Positions 27,883-38,502 of a stretch of DNA of 50,686 nucleotides are shown piece by piece (within the stretch, counting starts at the first letter, position 1; the number at the start of each line of letters is the position of its first letter). The position numbers were made by a program, and so were the translations under genes. The DNA comes from Candidatus Aenigmatarchaeota archaeon (GTDB lineage: Archaea; Aenigmatarchaeota; Aenigmatarchaeia; QMZP01): the NCBI GenBank assembly GCA_030615165.1, contig JAUWZW010000001.1:1-50686 (forward strand), written 5' to 3'. The notes beneath the pieces were generated by a model. The model worked only from the letters and a program-made list of their open reading frames with translations. It did not search any database and had not been told where the DNA came from.

Positions 27883-28317
27883 ATGCTGGCACTAATCAAG
27901 GTTTTCCTTTTTTTTGTCCTCCTTTTTGTAATAATACTTGTTTCTGTCAGGATGTTGTACAGGGCTTTAAGGGTTCATTCACTTTCCAAAAGAAAGCATG
28001 AATTCGGGTGTTTCAAGTGTGGAAAGTGCTGCACACTAGAGGTTGAGCCCACAGAAGAGGATATAAAGAGGGTAGAATCTCTCGGGCATAAAAGGACAAA
28101 TTTTATGGACGGAAAATGTTTAAAGAGGGTTAAAGGGAAGTGTGTTTTCCTTAAAAGGCAGGGCAAATACTATATATGTTCCGTGCATGAACACAAACCA
28201 AGGGTTTGCAGGGAATGGCCGTTCATCGGTGTTTTCAGGGGCAGGTTTCTTTTCAGCAAGACCTTCAGCTGCCCTGGTATTGCAAGGTTCTTAGAGAAGA
28301 AATATATATATAGTTGA
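27883..28317 (+). CDS. YkgJ/CxxCxxCC family cysteine-cluster protein with N-terminal TM
   Basis: CFKCGKCC...CVFL...CSVHEHKPRVCREWPF. Confidence 0.85.
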   Translation: MLALIKVFLFFVLLFVIILVSVRMLYRALRVHSLSKRKHEFGCFKCGKCCTLEVEPTEEDIKRVESLGHKRTNFMDGKCLKRVKGKCVFLKRQGKYYICSVHEHKPRVCREWPFIGVFRGRFLFSKTFSCPGIARFLEKKYIYS

Positions 28318-28330
28318 ATAAGATATTAAA

Positions 28331-29473
28331 ATGGTGTTTAAAATGAAGAAATTTACATTCATTATATTTGCGTCTTTGTTAGTTACTTTCTCTATAGGAG
28401 CGTATGCAATTTCTTCTGAATGGGTCTGCACTTACGGGGACTCGCCTTATGGTGACATTGAAATAACATACACTAATGAAGATGCTACCAATAAAGCTGA
28501 AATCCATGCAATTACTCCGCAAAAACATCCGATAATCTATCCGGGTGGTGAATTAGTCCTTCAACTAAATTCTGAAAATTGTTTTGAATTCACTTTAGTC
28601 GTAAAAGACTATGGCGGTAACGAAGTTGGCAGATATTCTGAAAAGCCATACTCTCCTTACCCTGAATGCGAAATCCCCCCAGGAGGGTCCACAGAGGGGA
28701 TAGAATTTCTTACTATGATTGTTTTCGATGCACCGGGAAACCCAGGTACATACACTCTTGATGTCTATGACCCTCAAAATGTTTTATTGACAACCGGTGT
28801 TATAGAGATTCTGGACCCGACAACCCAGGTTTCTTCTGTTTCAAGAACATCCTGGTGCACAATAGATGATTCAAATTATACAATAATTTTAAGTGTGCCC
28901 TATCCTGTGGTATTTGAACCCGACAATCCAGGCGAAATGAGCGTTATTATTAAGGGTTCGGATACTTCAGCTATCAATGAAATGTTCAATCAGATGTCCA
29001 TGTCGATTTCACCGCAATATGCGGCGCAGATTTCATTAAACGAGTCAGGTAGCCCTGTCTGTTCAGACAATGAATGCAGGCAGGACTATTCCGTAACCTC
29101 CAGCACAAGTGTTTCTGCCATTGCATATGTCTGGCATGAAGAAACTAGTATAAGCAAGACAGCCATAAACAGCAAGGGCATAACCTTGTTGGACCTCAGC
29201 AAATTGAAAGAAATTAAATCAAAGTTAGATGAATTATCTTCTACTGCTTTGGATTATGTTGATTATTATTCTTCAATAAATGATAATGAAAATGTAATGA
29301 AGTGGCAGGATGCTTATGACAAGGTCAGCTCGATTTCGAGTCAGAAAAGCACTTTGATTCCTGTCCTAGAAAGCAGGGAATTTAAGATATCGGATGTTGT
29401 TGATTTGATAAACATAATTGAGGATTCGCAGCAGGATATAGATGAGACAATAACATCACTTTCGGGTGCTTGA
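28331..29473 (+). CDS. Secreted/surface acidic hypothetical protein
   Basis: Signal peptide MKKFTFIIF...AYA, beta-rich body, helical C-terminus. Confidence 0.75.
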   Translation: MVFKMKKFTFIIFASLLVTFSIGAYAISSEWVCTYGDSPYGDIEITYTNEDATNKAEIHAITPQKHPIIYPGGELVLQLNSENCFEFTLVVKDYGGNEVGRYSEKPYSPYPECEIPPGGSTEGIEFLTMIVFDAPGNPGTYTLDVYDPQNVLLTTGVIEILDPTTQVSSVSRTSWCTIDDSNYTIILSVPYPVVFEPDNPGEMSVIIKGSDTSAINEMFNQMSMSISPQYAAQISLNESGSPVCSDNECRQDYSVTSSTSVSAIAYVWHEETSISKTAINSKGITLLDLSKLKEIKSKLDELSSTALDYVDYYSSINDNENVMKWQDAYDKVSSISSQKSTLIPVLESREFKISDVVDLINIIEDSQQDIDETITSLSGA

Positions 29474-29474
29474 G

Positions 29475-29780
29475 ATGAAAAAAGATGTTGTATTAATTGC
29501 AATATTGCTTGCAGGGATTGTTTTGATTAGCGGGTGCATTCAGCCAGAAGCAGTATGTACACCAGGGGCTAAACAGTGTGTAGGTGATAATCTACAACAG
29601 TGTAAATCTGATGGTTCTGCTTGGGAAACTATAGAAACTTGTACATATGGTTGTGATGCTGAAAATTTGGTTTGTAAAGAACAAGTAACAAAACCAACTA
29701 TGAGTGCTGAAGATTTTATTTCTGAATTAGGAAATGTGAAAGATTCTATAAATGAAATAGGAAGATCTTTATCCACATAA
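29475..29780 (+). CDS. Small lipoprotein-like protein with a Cys-rich module
   Basis: LISGC lipobox-like motif; CTPGAKQC...CTYGC. Confidence 0.7.
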   Translation: MKKDVVLIAILLAGIVLISGCIQPEAVCTPGAKQCVGDNLQQCKSDGSAWETIETCTYGCDAENLVCKEQVTKPTMSAEDFISELGNVKDSINEIGRSLST

Positions 29781-29827
29781 ATCAGGGTATGCCTTGTCTT
29801 GGGTGAAGAAATAATTTGGCTGTTTAA

Positions 29828-30700
29828 CTATTTCTTTTCCTTCAGCGCCTTTATGGTCTCAGAAAGCGACCTGAGTGACTGCATCATTGGGGTCAGGGAA
29901 TCCTTCATTGCCTTCTCAATGGATTCCATCCTTGCACCCATCTCGATAATGGATTCTTTGTAACTATCAATCCTTGCCCTTATATCCTCAACATCGCTCT
30001 TCTTCTCCCCCTGCATCCTGTTTATATCCCCCTCAATCCTGTTGAGCCTGCTGCTCAGCTCCCTGAAGTGCTCGGTGATATCATCAACCTCTTTTCTGAA
30101 CTCGTCAATCTTTTCCTCAACAACACCCTCTGCCAGTTCCTCTAATTCTCTTCTCTTCTCCCATGTCCTTTCCCTTTTGCCCAGCTTCCTCCTGACAGGG
30201 GGTATCGGGAGCTCTTCTTCTAGTTCCTCCCCAGGTAACTCCGGCCTTTCCAATCTTCCTGGTTCCAGACCAGGTATCTCCGGCAGTTCAGCTTCTGGCT
30301 TCTCCAGCCGCTCTAATATATCGGGGGTAATTGGCGGTTCAGGAGCCTCCATCCTTCTCGGTGCCAGCGGGGCTTCCTCTTCCGGAAAAAGCCTCCTTCT
30401 TGGCTCCTCTGGAGCTGGTGGAGCAGGAGAAGGCGGTGGTAAAGGAGCAGCCGGGGCAGTGGGTTTAACAGCAATTCTTAAAGCCTCCTTCATTGCCCTG
30501 TCAACCTCTACTGGTGAATAGCCCTCGGTCCTCAGGGCCCTTATTATTTCTGGTTCTGAAAGCCCCTGAGAAGACAATTCTCTAACCCTCTCTGTTGGCG
30601 TTCTTCCAGCACCCATGAGCGGTGCTGGTGCCAGTGCTGGGGTACCGGCCTCAGGCTCCTTTTTCTTTTTCTTTCCAAAAAATGGTAATGATAATCTCAT
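29828..30700 (-). CDS. Pro/Glu-rich coiled-coil hypothetical protein
   Basis: Small helical domain, Pro-rich linker, C-terminal coiled coil. Confidence 0.8.
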   Translation of the reverse strand: MRLSLPFFGKKKKKEPEAGTPALAPAPLMGAGRTPTERVRELSSQGLSEPEIIRALRTEGYSPVEVDRAMKEALRIAVKPTAPAAPLPPPSPAPPAPEEPRRRLFPEEEAPLAPRRMEAPEPPITPDILERLEKPEAELPEIPGLEPGRLERPELPGEELEEELPIPPVRRKLGKRERTWEKRRELEELAEGVVEEKIDEFRKEVDDITEHFRELSSRLNRIEGDINRMQGEKKSDVEDIRARIDSYKESIIEMGARMESIEKAMKDSLTPMMQSLRSLSETIKALKEKK

Positions 30701-30749
30701 ATCGCCATCGCCTAGTTATATAATTATTATTTCTCTTTTATTAATATAA

Positions 30750-31157
30750 TTATTTGGCCTTCTCTGCCAGCTTTTCCTCAACCAGTCTCTCTGCCTCTTC
30801 TTTTGTTATGAAGCTTGACTTTATAGGATTGTAGATGTCTATCAGATGTTCCAACCCCTTTATCTTTGCAACAGATGCAAGTTTCTTGAGCTCCTTTACT
30901 ATCTCTTTTATTGTTTTTTCCAGTTTCCTCAGCATCTCCTCCTGCTTGGCAAGCCTTGATTCGAACCCCGAGAGTGAAGCCTGAATCTGCTTTCTCTGGT
31001 TGAGCATGTCCTGCTCCAGGGTATTCACCCTAGATTTGAAAATATTCCCTTCCTGCTCAAGAACCCTTATCCTCCCTGTATCCGTATTCGTTCTCTCCAC
31101 CAATTCCCTTATTATGGTGTGCAGACTTCTCTTCGGTTGTTTTCTAAAGACCGGCAT
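30750..31157 (-). CDS. Coiled-coil hypothetical protein
   Basis: Heptad pattern ending in NP..S.F.T.EE. Confidence 0.75.
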   Translation of the reverse strand: MPVFRKQPKRSLHTIIRELVERTNTDTGRIRVLEQEGNIFKSRVNTLEQDMLNQRKQIQASLSGFESRLAKQEEMLRKLEKTIKEIVKELKKLASVAKIKGLEHLIDIYNPIKSSFITKEEAERLVEEKLAEKAK

Positions 31158-31240
31158 ATAACCAACTCAAATTCGCACTAATTATTATTGGTTCTTGGAT
31201 TTAATAAAAGCTTTAATTAAACAGCTCCAATAATTAATTA

Positions 31241-31288
31241 GGAGAGTCGTGCCTGCGAATGCAGGCTTCCGATAAGTTCGTAAGGCGA
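31241..31288 (+). ncRNA. Candidate structured leader motif, copy 3 (secretion ATPase 5' UTR)
   Basis: GGAGAGTCGT-[GCCTGC gaat GCAGGC]-TTCCG-ATAA-GTTCGTAAGGCGA, 5 nt before ATG; TTTAATTA about 22 nt upstream. Confidence 0.55.
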
Positions 31289-31293
31289 TATGT

Positions 31294-33546
31294 ATGGCTG
31301 TCTGTGATTACACCTATAATGAAGACAAGATGCAGGTTAAGATAAACTGTCTTGGATGTCTTTATGGGAGTTCAATCGAGGATTATCCGAGGTGTATGGC
31401 GAGGGTTATTGACATAATTCTTGAGGTCAAGAAGGTAACAAGCATTGTTCTTGCAAAGACAAGGGAATATGAATATGATTATTCACAGGTCAAGCTTCTG
31501 ACAGAGGTAGCAGGCGTTATTGAATATGCCCTGAGGGAGAAACTCCTGTCCTATGCGGCCATAGCTCCCGGGGAATGCAGGAGATGTTACCCTGAATGGA
31601 GCTCAAGGCTCCAGTATATAGTTCTTGACCTTATGAGGAAGGACCCTATAGGTGCCTATGTTGAACTGGTGAGGTGCACAAGGGAGATGAAGACAAAGAT
31701 TAAAAATGCAAAGTCCAGGATGTGTTACAACTGTTATTATAACTACAAGAAGAATGTTCTGGACGTTTTGAGGGAAAAACTCGGGGATACAAAGTTAATA
31801 AGGGCTGTCAAGCCACATCTTGCAGGATACCACATAGGTGAGAGGAGCTTATACAGGGATGTGTTCATGCCGAGTATAAGACCAAACTTCATGCTCACCA
31901 GGTACATGATTGCCCCGCCAGAGGGAGGAAAATCAATTGACAGATATAAGGTTGGGGATACACAGATTGAAATATTCAAGCTGCCTGAAACCGCCCAGTA
32001 CTTCTACCATGTTCTGCCGCCTGAGTTCAGACTGTCCGAGGAGAAATACGCTGTCATGGATGCTGCCAGGAGATACATGGCAACGCACAGACCAAAGACT
32101 GCGGAATTCGTCAGGTCAAAAAGGCTCAGGGAGGTTTTCTACAACATAGGAAGGGATATGATAAGGGATGTGACTGAGCAGATGGGCGTATCCCTTACGA
32201 CAAGGGACCTGGAGCAGCTTGCCAACATACTGACAAGGTATACTGCTGGTTTTGGTGTCCTGGAGATTCTCCTTGCTGATGAAAGGATTCAGGATGTGTA
32301 CATAAATTCCCCTATTGAGAAGCAGCCGATTCTAATCTATCATCAGGACTGGGAGGAGTGCAAGACAAATCTCATTCCCACAATAGAGGATGCAGAGGCA
32401 TGGGCAACAAGGCTGAGAATACAGTCAGGGAGGCCCCTTGATGAAGCAAACCCTGTCCTGGACACTGATTTAGCTGTTCCCGGAGGGAAGGCGAGGTTTG
32501 CTGTTATAACAAGGACGTTATCCCCTTATGGTCTGGGCTTTGCAATAAGAAGGCATAGGGAAAGGCCCTGGACCCTCCCACTGTTCATAAAGAACGGAAT
32601 GATAAACCCCCTTGCTGCTGGTCTTCTGTCATTCCTTATTGACGGGACTGTATCAATGATTGTTGCCGGCGGAAGGTCAGCGGGAAAGACCTCTGTCCTG
32701 GGTGCTCTTATGCTTGAGATTCTCCCAAAGACAAGAATAGTTTCAATTGAGGACACGTTAGAATTACCGATAGACCAGTTGAGGGAGCTGCACTACAATG
32801 TGGAGAGGCTGAAGTCCCGGAGCGTGATAACAAGGGTCGAGACAGAGATGCCTGCTGATGAGGCCTTAAGGGCCGCACTGAGGCTCGGTGATTCTGCATT
32901 GATTATCGGGGAGGTAAGGAGCATGGAAGCCAAAGCCCTTTGGGAGGCAATGAGGATTGGTGCGCTTTCAAATGTTGTTGCTGGGACAATACATGGGGAA
33001 TCTGCTTATGGGGTTTATGACAGGGTTGTCAATGATTTAGGGGTTCCACCTACATCATTCAAGGCGACGGACATCATACCCATATGCAAGATGCTCAGGT
33101 CAGCAGATGGTCTGCACAGGTTCAGGAGGGTGACTGAGATAACAGAAGTGAGGAAGGAATGGGAAAAGGATCCTATGAAAGAGAGGGGATTTGTAAACCT
33201 TATGGAATATTCAAGCAAGGCGGATGGACTGAAACCAACTGATACCTTTGTGAACGGGGAGTCAGAGGTGCTGAACAGGATTGCATCCCATGTAAAAGAA
33301 TGGTCAGGCAACTGGGATGTTGTCTGGGGAAATATAAACCTGAGGGGGAAGATCAAGGAGATGATGGTGAAGCTCTCAGAGCAGTTAAAGAAGCCGGAGC
33401 TGATAGAGGCTGGGTGGGTTGTAAGGTCGAATGCAAAATACCATCTGATAGCGGAGAGTATGAGGAAGGAAACAGGGGCAATAGACCCTGAGAGGGTTTA
33501 TGAGGAATGGCTGAAGTGGTTCAAGGCTGCTGTCAGGAAGAGCTAG
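31294..33546 (+). CDS. Type II/IV secretion (type IV pilus-type, VirB11/TadA-like) ATPase
   Basis: Walker A GGRSAGKT, IEDTLEL, IIGEVR, GTIHG; Cys-rich N-terminus. Confidence 0.92.
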   Translation: MAVCDYTYNEDKMQVKINCLGCLYGSSIEDYPRCMARVIDIILEVKKVTSIVLAKTREYEYDYSQVKLLTEVAGVIEYALREKLLSYAAIAPGECRRCYPEWSSRLQYIVLDLMRKDPIGAYVELVRCTREMKTKIKNAKSRMCYNCYYNYKKNVLDVLREKLGDTKLIRAVKPHLAGYHIGERSLYRDVFMPSIRPNFMLTRYMIAPPEGGKSIDRYKVGDTQIEIFKLPETAQYFYHVLPPEFRLSEEKYAVMDAARRYMATHRPKTAEFVRSKRLREVFYNIGRDMIRDVTEQMGVSLTTRDLEQLANILTRYTAGFGVLEILLADERIQDVYINSPIEKQPILIYHQDWEECKTNLIPTIEDAEAWATRLRIQSGRPLDEANPVLDTDLAVPGGKARFAVITRTLSPYGLGFAIRRHRERPWTLPLFIKNGMINPLAAGLLSFLIDGTVSMIVAGGRSAGKTSVLGALMLEILPKTRIVSIEDTLELPIDQLRELHYNVERLKSRSVITRVETEMPADEALRAALRLGDSALIIGEVRSMEAKALWEAMRIGALSNVVAGTIHGESAYGVYDRVVNDLGVPPTSFKATDIIPICKMLRSADGLHRFRRVTEITEVRKEWEKDPMKERGFVNLMEYSSKADGLKPTDTFVNGESEVLNRIASHVKEWSGNWDVVWGNINLRGKIKEMMVKLSEQLKKPELIEAGWVVRSNAKYHLIAESMRKETGAIDPERVYEEWLKWFKAAVRKS

Positions 33547-33548
33547 CT

Positions 33549-34916
33549 TCAGCAAAAACCATGGAACAAAACCCTGCAGGAGTCTGTTTCTATGGAATAG
33601 TTATATTTTGTGTACGTGCTTTCGTTCAACCTCTGGATATACGTCCTGTTAACAATGTGCCTCGGCATGCATTTTTCTTTGTCTCCTAGCAAAATATATT
33701 CATTGTTTTCCTCTATAACAGGGAATCTGTGTATAAATGTTGTATTCTGCACATAATCTGGTTCAGATATATCCTTGTAGAAGATTAGTCTGTAACCCTC
33801 TTCTATTTTCTCCTCCACTTCCCATTGCCGTGGGGCTGGCTCTGACGGATAGCCCATATAGTTGAGAAATACCCAAGCATTTGATGCCAACATGCAATCA
33901 TCCGGTTCAATCTCGTAACGGCTTCTGTCCTGGAGGGTGGCTATTGGTATTGAAAATGAGAGGCTTACAAGAACAAGGATTAAAACAGCTGATAAGTTTA
34001 TCGTGCTGATGTGCTTGCTCCAAACTGTTTTCAGTGCAAACACAGCGAAGTAGGCACATGGTAATATCATACTGAAAGCATACCTTGGCTCCTTCACGGG
34101 TACTGTGGAATAGGAAACCAGAGCCAGTATGAAAATAGACAGCATAATCCAGTCCTTTAGCTCAAATCTCCTTCTCCTAAGCCATAAGCCTGCAATGAAC
34201 AAAGGAAATAGGTAATTTGTTGCTACAAGTATGTCCAGAATGTTGAACGGCATAACCATGTAGCCCCTGTACAGGACATTCAGGGCATAGGAATTCGCAA
34301 TGCTTGTCAGGGGGCTCCCGGTTGCCAGCATGTTATAAAGAAGCCAGGGGGTAAAAAGCAGGGCAACCGCCAGCAGTGCCAACAGTATTTTTCTTATGTT
34401 TTTGGTGAACAGGACAAGCGGAAGATATATGAGATTAGTATACCTTGCAAGGCTCTGGAGGCCTGCACCAATGCCTGCACCGAATCCCCTCTTTGTTAGA
34501 ACATAATAAATGAGCAACTGTAGCATAGAGATGGACAGCAGTTCTGTCCCCACACTAAGACCATTAATCAACAGGAAGGGGTTCAGCAAAAGTGCATAGA
34601 AAAGCCTTGGGTCAATTTCGAGTGTTTTCGAGAGCCTTATACAGGAGTAGAAGAAAAGGCTGGAAACAAAAACTATGAAAATATACTCTGCAATAAGGAC
34701 TCCAAAGGGGCTGAAACCGGCTATGAGGAAGGGAACAAGAGGTGCCCTGTACCATTCAAAATAAAACCCTTCACCGAGCATGTATCTGGCATTCAGCGAG
34801 TAGGCAGAGAAGTCCCAGGAAAGCCCTGTTGAGTGCTGATACAAGAAGAAGGCTGTTGAAAAAATAAACAGGAAAACCAAAAGCTTGTTTTGCAAAAGTA
34901 TTCTTTTTACATCCAT
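33549..34916 (-). CDS. GT-C fold membrane glycosyltransferase (PMT-like)
   Basis: SWD..Y loop, R.PL.P, many TMs, KEPRY. Confidence 0.75.
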   Translation of the reverse strand: MDVKRILLQNKLLVFLFIFSTAFFLYQHSTGLSWDFSAYSLNARYMLGEGFYFEWYRAPLVPFLIAGFSPFGVLIAEYIFIVFVSSLFFYSCIRLSKTLEIDPRLFYALLLNPFLLINGLSVGTELLSISMLQLLIYYVLTKRGFGAGIGAGLQSLARYTNLIYLPLVLFTKNIRKILLALLAVALLFTPWLLYNMLATGSPLTSIANSYALNVLYRGYMVMPFNILDILVATNYLFPLFIAGLWLRRRRFELKDWIMLSIFILALVSYSTVPVKEPRYAFSMILPCAYFAVFALKTVWSKHISTINLSAVLILVLVSLSFSIPIATLQDRSRYEIEPDDCMLASNAWVFLNYMGYPSEPAPRQWEVEEKIEEGYRLIFYKDISEPDYVQNTTFIHRFPVIEENNEYILLGDKEKCMPRHIVNRTYIQRLNESTYTKYNYSIETDSCRVLFHGFC

Positions 34917-34951
34917 AAGATTAATTGAGGGTTTTTATTAAAATAATTCTG

Positions 34952-35872
34952 CTAAACCCTTTTCCAAAAAATTCCGCATATGAACATAGTCAGCCAAAAT
35001 GTCAGGAACCTGCCCAGAATAACACCTGCTGTTGCCTGGGCTACTGTGATATGAACCGATAAGAGAAGCACGAAAACAAACTCGGTGGAACCTATGCCAC
35101 CCGGCAGAAAGGATATCGTTCCCATAAGAACAGAAAATGCAAAGATGGATATTATGAAAAAAGGCGTCAAATCTATGGCGAGAGAAAGCATGACGAGACA
35201 GAAGACAAAACCTTCCAGAATCCATACCAGTAAAGATATCAGAAATGCTGACAGAAGTATTCTTTTTTGAACACGCATTCCGTTATAAAACTTTTCAGTT
35301 ATTTCTTCACTTTTGGTTTTCCATTCCCTTGCCTTTCTATGGAATGAAAATAGTTTAAATAATATCCTAAATAGCTTTGAGATTGCTCTCCTGCTCCTAA
35401 GGATGAGAACTATCAGAACTATAAAAGCTATTAACAAGGCTATACTCAGGGTTGAGTACTCGAGTCCAAAACTGAATAGGAAAATTCCCAGAATCGAAAG
35501 GATTACCAAACTTAGCATGTCCAGAACTCTTTCTGTTATAACCCTTGGTATTGAGTGGGAAATTGAGCAGCCTGTAAGTCTTTTCAGGAAATAAGACCTG
35601 ACTGGCTCACCAATCCTTGCTGGTGTAAAGTTGGCGATGAACAGTGCAGGTAAAAAGGAAAAGGCAGAATCCTTGAAGGAAACATCCATATCGCTGATTA
35701 ATGTTTTCCATCTGATAATTTTTATCAGCAATGTTAAAATAGAAACAAGAGCGGCAGCAATTAAAAGGATTATGTTTGCTTTTGAAATGGTTTCAACAAC
35801 CATTCCAAAATCTGAGAAGTAAAGAAGCGCAAGCAGCAAAGCTATACTGATTATTGGCAAAATTTTTTTCAT
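34952..35872 (-). CDS. Flippase-like lysylphosphatidylglycerol synthase TM-domain protein (UPF0104)
   Basis: RW..L, TPARIGE..R, ER..D, PGGIG..E. Confidence 0.88.
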   Translation of the reverse strand: MKKILPIISIALLLALLYFSDFGMVVETISKANIILLIAAALVSILTLLIKIIRWKTLISDMDVSFKDSAFSFLPALFIANFTPARIGEPVRSYFLKRLTGCSISHSIPRVITERVLDMLSLVILSILGIFLFSFGLEYSTLSIALLIAFIVLIVLILRSRRAISKLFRILFKLFSFHRKAREWKTKSEEITEKFYNGMRVQKRILLSAFLISLLVWILEGFVFCLVMLSLAIDLTPFFIISIFAFSVLMGTISFLPGGIGSTEFVFVLLLSVHITVAQATAGVILGRFLTFWLTMFICGIFWKRV

Positions 35873-35902
35873 ACATAAAAGTTTGAGCTTTGAATATTAA
35901 AT

Positions 35903-36562
35903 ATGCTCTTCTTGCTGCCTGCGTTGAATGAGGAAACTGGACTAAAGACTATGGTACCAAAGATAAAGAAGGAATTCCCTAAAGCAAAAATCCTGGTTGT
36001 GGATGGCGGCTCTGTTGACGGGACAGTAGTAGCTGCAAAAAATCTGGGATGTGAGGTTTTTACACAAGCTGGCAAGGGTAAAGGCAACGCTATAATAGAG
36101 GCACTGGAAAGGGTTGATGATGATGAAACGGTTGTGATGATGGATGCAGACGAGACATATGAAATCAAATATGCTAAAAAGATGTTGAAAAAACTAACTG
36201 AAAATAACATAATTATTGGTTCACGTTTCAAGTTGAGACATCCTGGTTCCCTTACCATTTTGAATCTGATTGGTAACAGGTTGCTGTGCTTTGCTGCATC
36301 TGTTTTATTCCTGAAAAGGTTTAGTGACTTGTTGTCTGGTTTCAGGGTTTTCAGATGTGGAACTGTGAAAAATCTCCAGCTGAAAGCCCAGAACTTCGAG
36401 GTAGAAACCGAGATGAGCCTTAAGGCTGCAAAAAGGGATGTGGAGTTAATAGATATCCCTTCTCCTTATCACAAAAGGAAAGGGGAAACAAAATTAAGAC
36501 CTTTCAGGGACGGGTTCCTTATTCTTAAAAGAATCTTAAAGGAGAGGTTAGCAAAAAGCTAG
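35903..36562 (+). CDS. GT2 glycosyltransferase (Dol-P-glycosyl synthase-like)
   Basis: PALNEE, VDGGS.DGT, GKG.A, DAD. Confidence 0.92.
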   Translation: MLFLLPALNEETGLKTMVPKIKKEFPKAKILVVDGGSVDGTVVAAKNLGCEVFTQAGKGKGNAIIEALERVDDDETVVMMDADETYEIKYAKKMLKKLTENNIIIGSRFKLRHPGSLTILNLIGNRLLCFAASVLFLKRFSDLLSGFRVFRCGTVKNLQLKAQNFEVETEMSLKAAKRDVELIDIPSPYHKRKGETKLRPFRDGFLILKRILKERLAKS

Positions 36563-37207
36563 GCTGTTATTTAATGAACAGAAAATACCAGTCAGGGTCT
36601 CCTTTATTTGGAATCCAACATAGTTGACATCATTTATAATCAATGTTGGAGCTTCTATAATATCAAAGTTCTGTACCAGCATCTGGACTACGGGTTCATC
36701 CAAGTCCTTATCTATTGTGAAAATATGAATGTTTTCAGCATTATCCAAATTTACAAGGTAGTCAAGCACATATCCCTGTGAAAGACAAACATCAGAATCC
36801 TTTTCGTAAAAATACATGACATCTATCCTGCTCACATTGCACCGCTCCACCAGCTCCTTTGAAAAAAGCCAGCCCTGAATCAGGAATGCTGTGTATCTTC
36901 TTTTTATCATATCAAAGTATTTTTCGGTTAAGCCCTTTGGATTTACGAGTTTGTTGCCAAGCTCTGCAGTGCTCTTGTCCAGAACCTCCAGCCTGTCTGT
37001 CATATAAGAGCAGAATGTCTCATTCTTCAGTGTGTTAAGGAATGCTATCTCGAGCTGTATATTTCTCAGCTCCAGTTCGCCCCTCTCCATATCCATTCTG
37101 AGCTCTTCCAGCTGTACATTAAGAAGGGAGAAACCCATCAGAAATCCCATTAAGAATATCAGGAGTGAAACGACACCGGCAATAATATATGGTCTCTTTC
37201 TTACCAT
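36548..37207 (-). CDS. Membrane-anchored protein with C-terminal thioredoxin-like fold
   Basis: N-terminal TM; YFY....C..QG.VLD...PTLII. Confidence 0.6.
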   Translation of the reverse strand: MVRKRPYIIAGVVSLLIFLMGFLMGFSLLNVQLEELRMDMERGELELRNIQLEIAFLNTLKNETFCSYMTDRLEVLDKSTAELGNKLVNPKGLTEKYFDMIKRRYTAFLIQGWLFSKELVERCNVSRIDVMYFYEKDSDVCLSQGYVLDYLVNLDNAENIHIFTIDKDLDEPVVQMLVQNFDIIEAPTLIINDVNYVGFQIKETLTGIFCSLNNSLAFC

Positions 37208-38436
37208 TTGAATTCGCTTCTCCTAATCTCATAATAAAAGGTAGAGAGCCAGAATGCTATGTTTATTATAGGGTAGAGGGGTATGTAAATCAGATAGTCA
37301 AGTTTTTTTATCCTTTCGCTTGCATGCCCCATGCTGAGTTTTATAAATACTATGAGGCCTGACAGTGTAACGAGCAGAATGCTGAGATTGAACGGATTGG
37401 ACGAGAACCTGAATATCCTTGCCAGGGCATATTGAAAATCAAATCCTATCAGATAAAGGTTAAAGAATTCATGGAAAAGTCCAATACCTATTACATAGAA
37501 CCCATACAAGAACACCGGGATTGTCAAAAACAAGATTATGTAGTGCATGGGCAGAACGAACACCCCCAAATCTTCAAACTTGGAATTGAAAAACATGTGT
37601 GCATATTTTCTTGAGTTGTGCAGAAGTCCCCTGTACCACCTTATTCTCTGCCTCCAAAGCTTCCTGAATGATGATGGTGTGCTTGTTTTCACCATGGCTT
37701 TCATGCATGTTTCTATCCTGTAGTTGTTGTCCCTCAAGCGCAGACCCATCTCCAAATCCTCTGCGAGGTTTTTCTCGTCCCATCCACCAAGCTTCTTTAT
37801 AACAGAGGTTCTGTAGAGCGCAAATGCGGGCGTCATATAGAGGGAGTTCAGGAATGTCAGAAGCTTTCTCAGTAAGGCGGAGATTACATACTCTATCTTT
37901 TGAATCTTCTGTGAGAATGTCACGCTGATCTTTGGCTGTATGTTGGCTATCACACCCCCGGTTTTTGGGTCGCTCAGGTAACCGACCATGTTGCGAAGGG
38001 AATTCTTTTCCAGAACCGAGTCCGAATCAAGAAAGCCGATCAGGTCTGTGTTCACATGCCTTAATCCGGTATTAAGGGCAAATGCCTTCTTCCTGTTTTT
38101 CCTGTGCCTTAGGAGTCTAACATTCGGGTATTTTTTTGCATACTCCCTTGCCACATCAGCTGTCCTGTCTGTGGATGCATCATCTATCACTATGATTTCC
38201 AGTTTTTCCTTTGGGTAGTTCTGTCCAAGGATGGAATCAATGGTTTTGGCTATTCTCTTCTCTTCATTGTATGCAGGTATCAACAAAGATATGCTGGGCA
38301 GTATCCTTGGCGGCTTTGGTATCTTCATGACCTTCCCCTTGTTTTCAAAAAATATAACAAACCAGAACACTGACATAAACACCGTGAAATATATCAGTGC
38401 GTAGTAAAGGATATCAAAAACAACTATTCCTGCCAT
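37201..38436 (-). CDS. Processive-type GT2 glycosyltransferase
   Basis: IPAYNEE, DDASTD, DSD, AED, QRIRW. Confidence 0.92.
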   Translation of the reverse strand: MAGIVVFDILYYALIYFTVFMSVFWFVIFFENKGKVMKIPKPPRILPSISLLIPAYNEEKRIAKTIDSILGQNYPKEKLEIIVIDDASTDRTADVAREYAKKYPNVRLLRHRKNRKKAFALNTGLRHVNTDLIGFLDSDSVLEKNSLRNMVGYLSDPKTGGVIANIQPKISVTFSQKIQKIEYVISALLRKLLTFLNSLYMTPAFALYRTSVIKKLGGWDEKNLAEDLEMGLRLRDNNYRIETCMKAMVKTSTPSSFRKLWRQRIRWYRGLLHNSRKYAHMFFNSKFEDLGVFVLPMHYIILFLTIPVFLYGFYVIGIGLFHEFFNLYLIGFDFQYALARIFRFSSNPFNLSILLVTLSGLIVFIKLSMGHASERIKKLDYLIYIPLYPIINIAFWLSTFYYEIRRSEFKW

Positions 38437-38502
38437 AGTATATAATTAGCCTGATGTTTTAATATTTATTTAATCAATTCAATCTTATTAAACAGGTGAG
38501 AT

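Noticed and set aside
30042..30521. Ser/Gly-rich plus-strand ORF and similar antisense ORFs in housekeeping genes
   Set aside because: Shadows of well-supported genes on the opposite strand.
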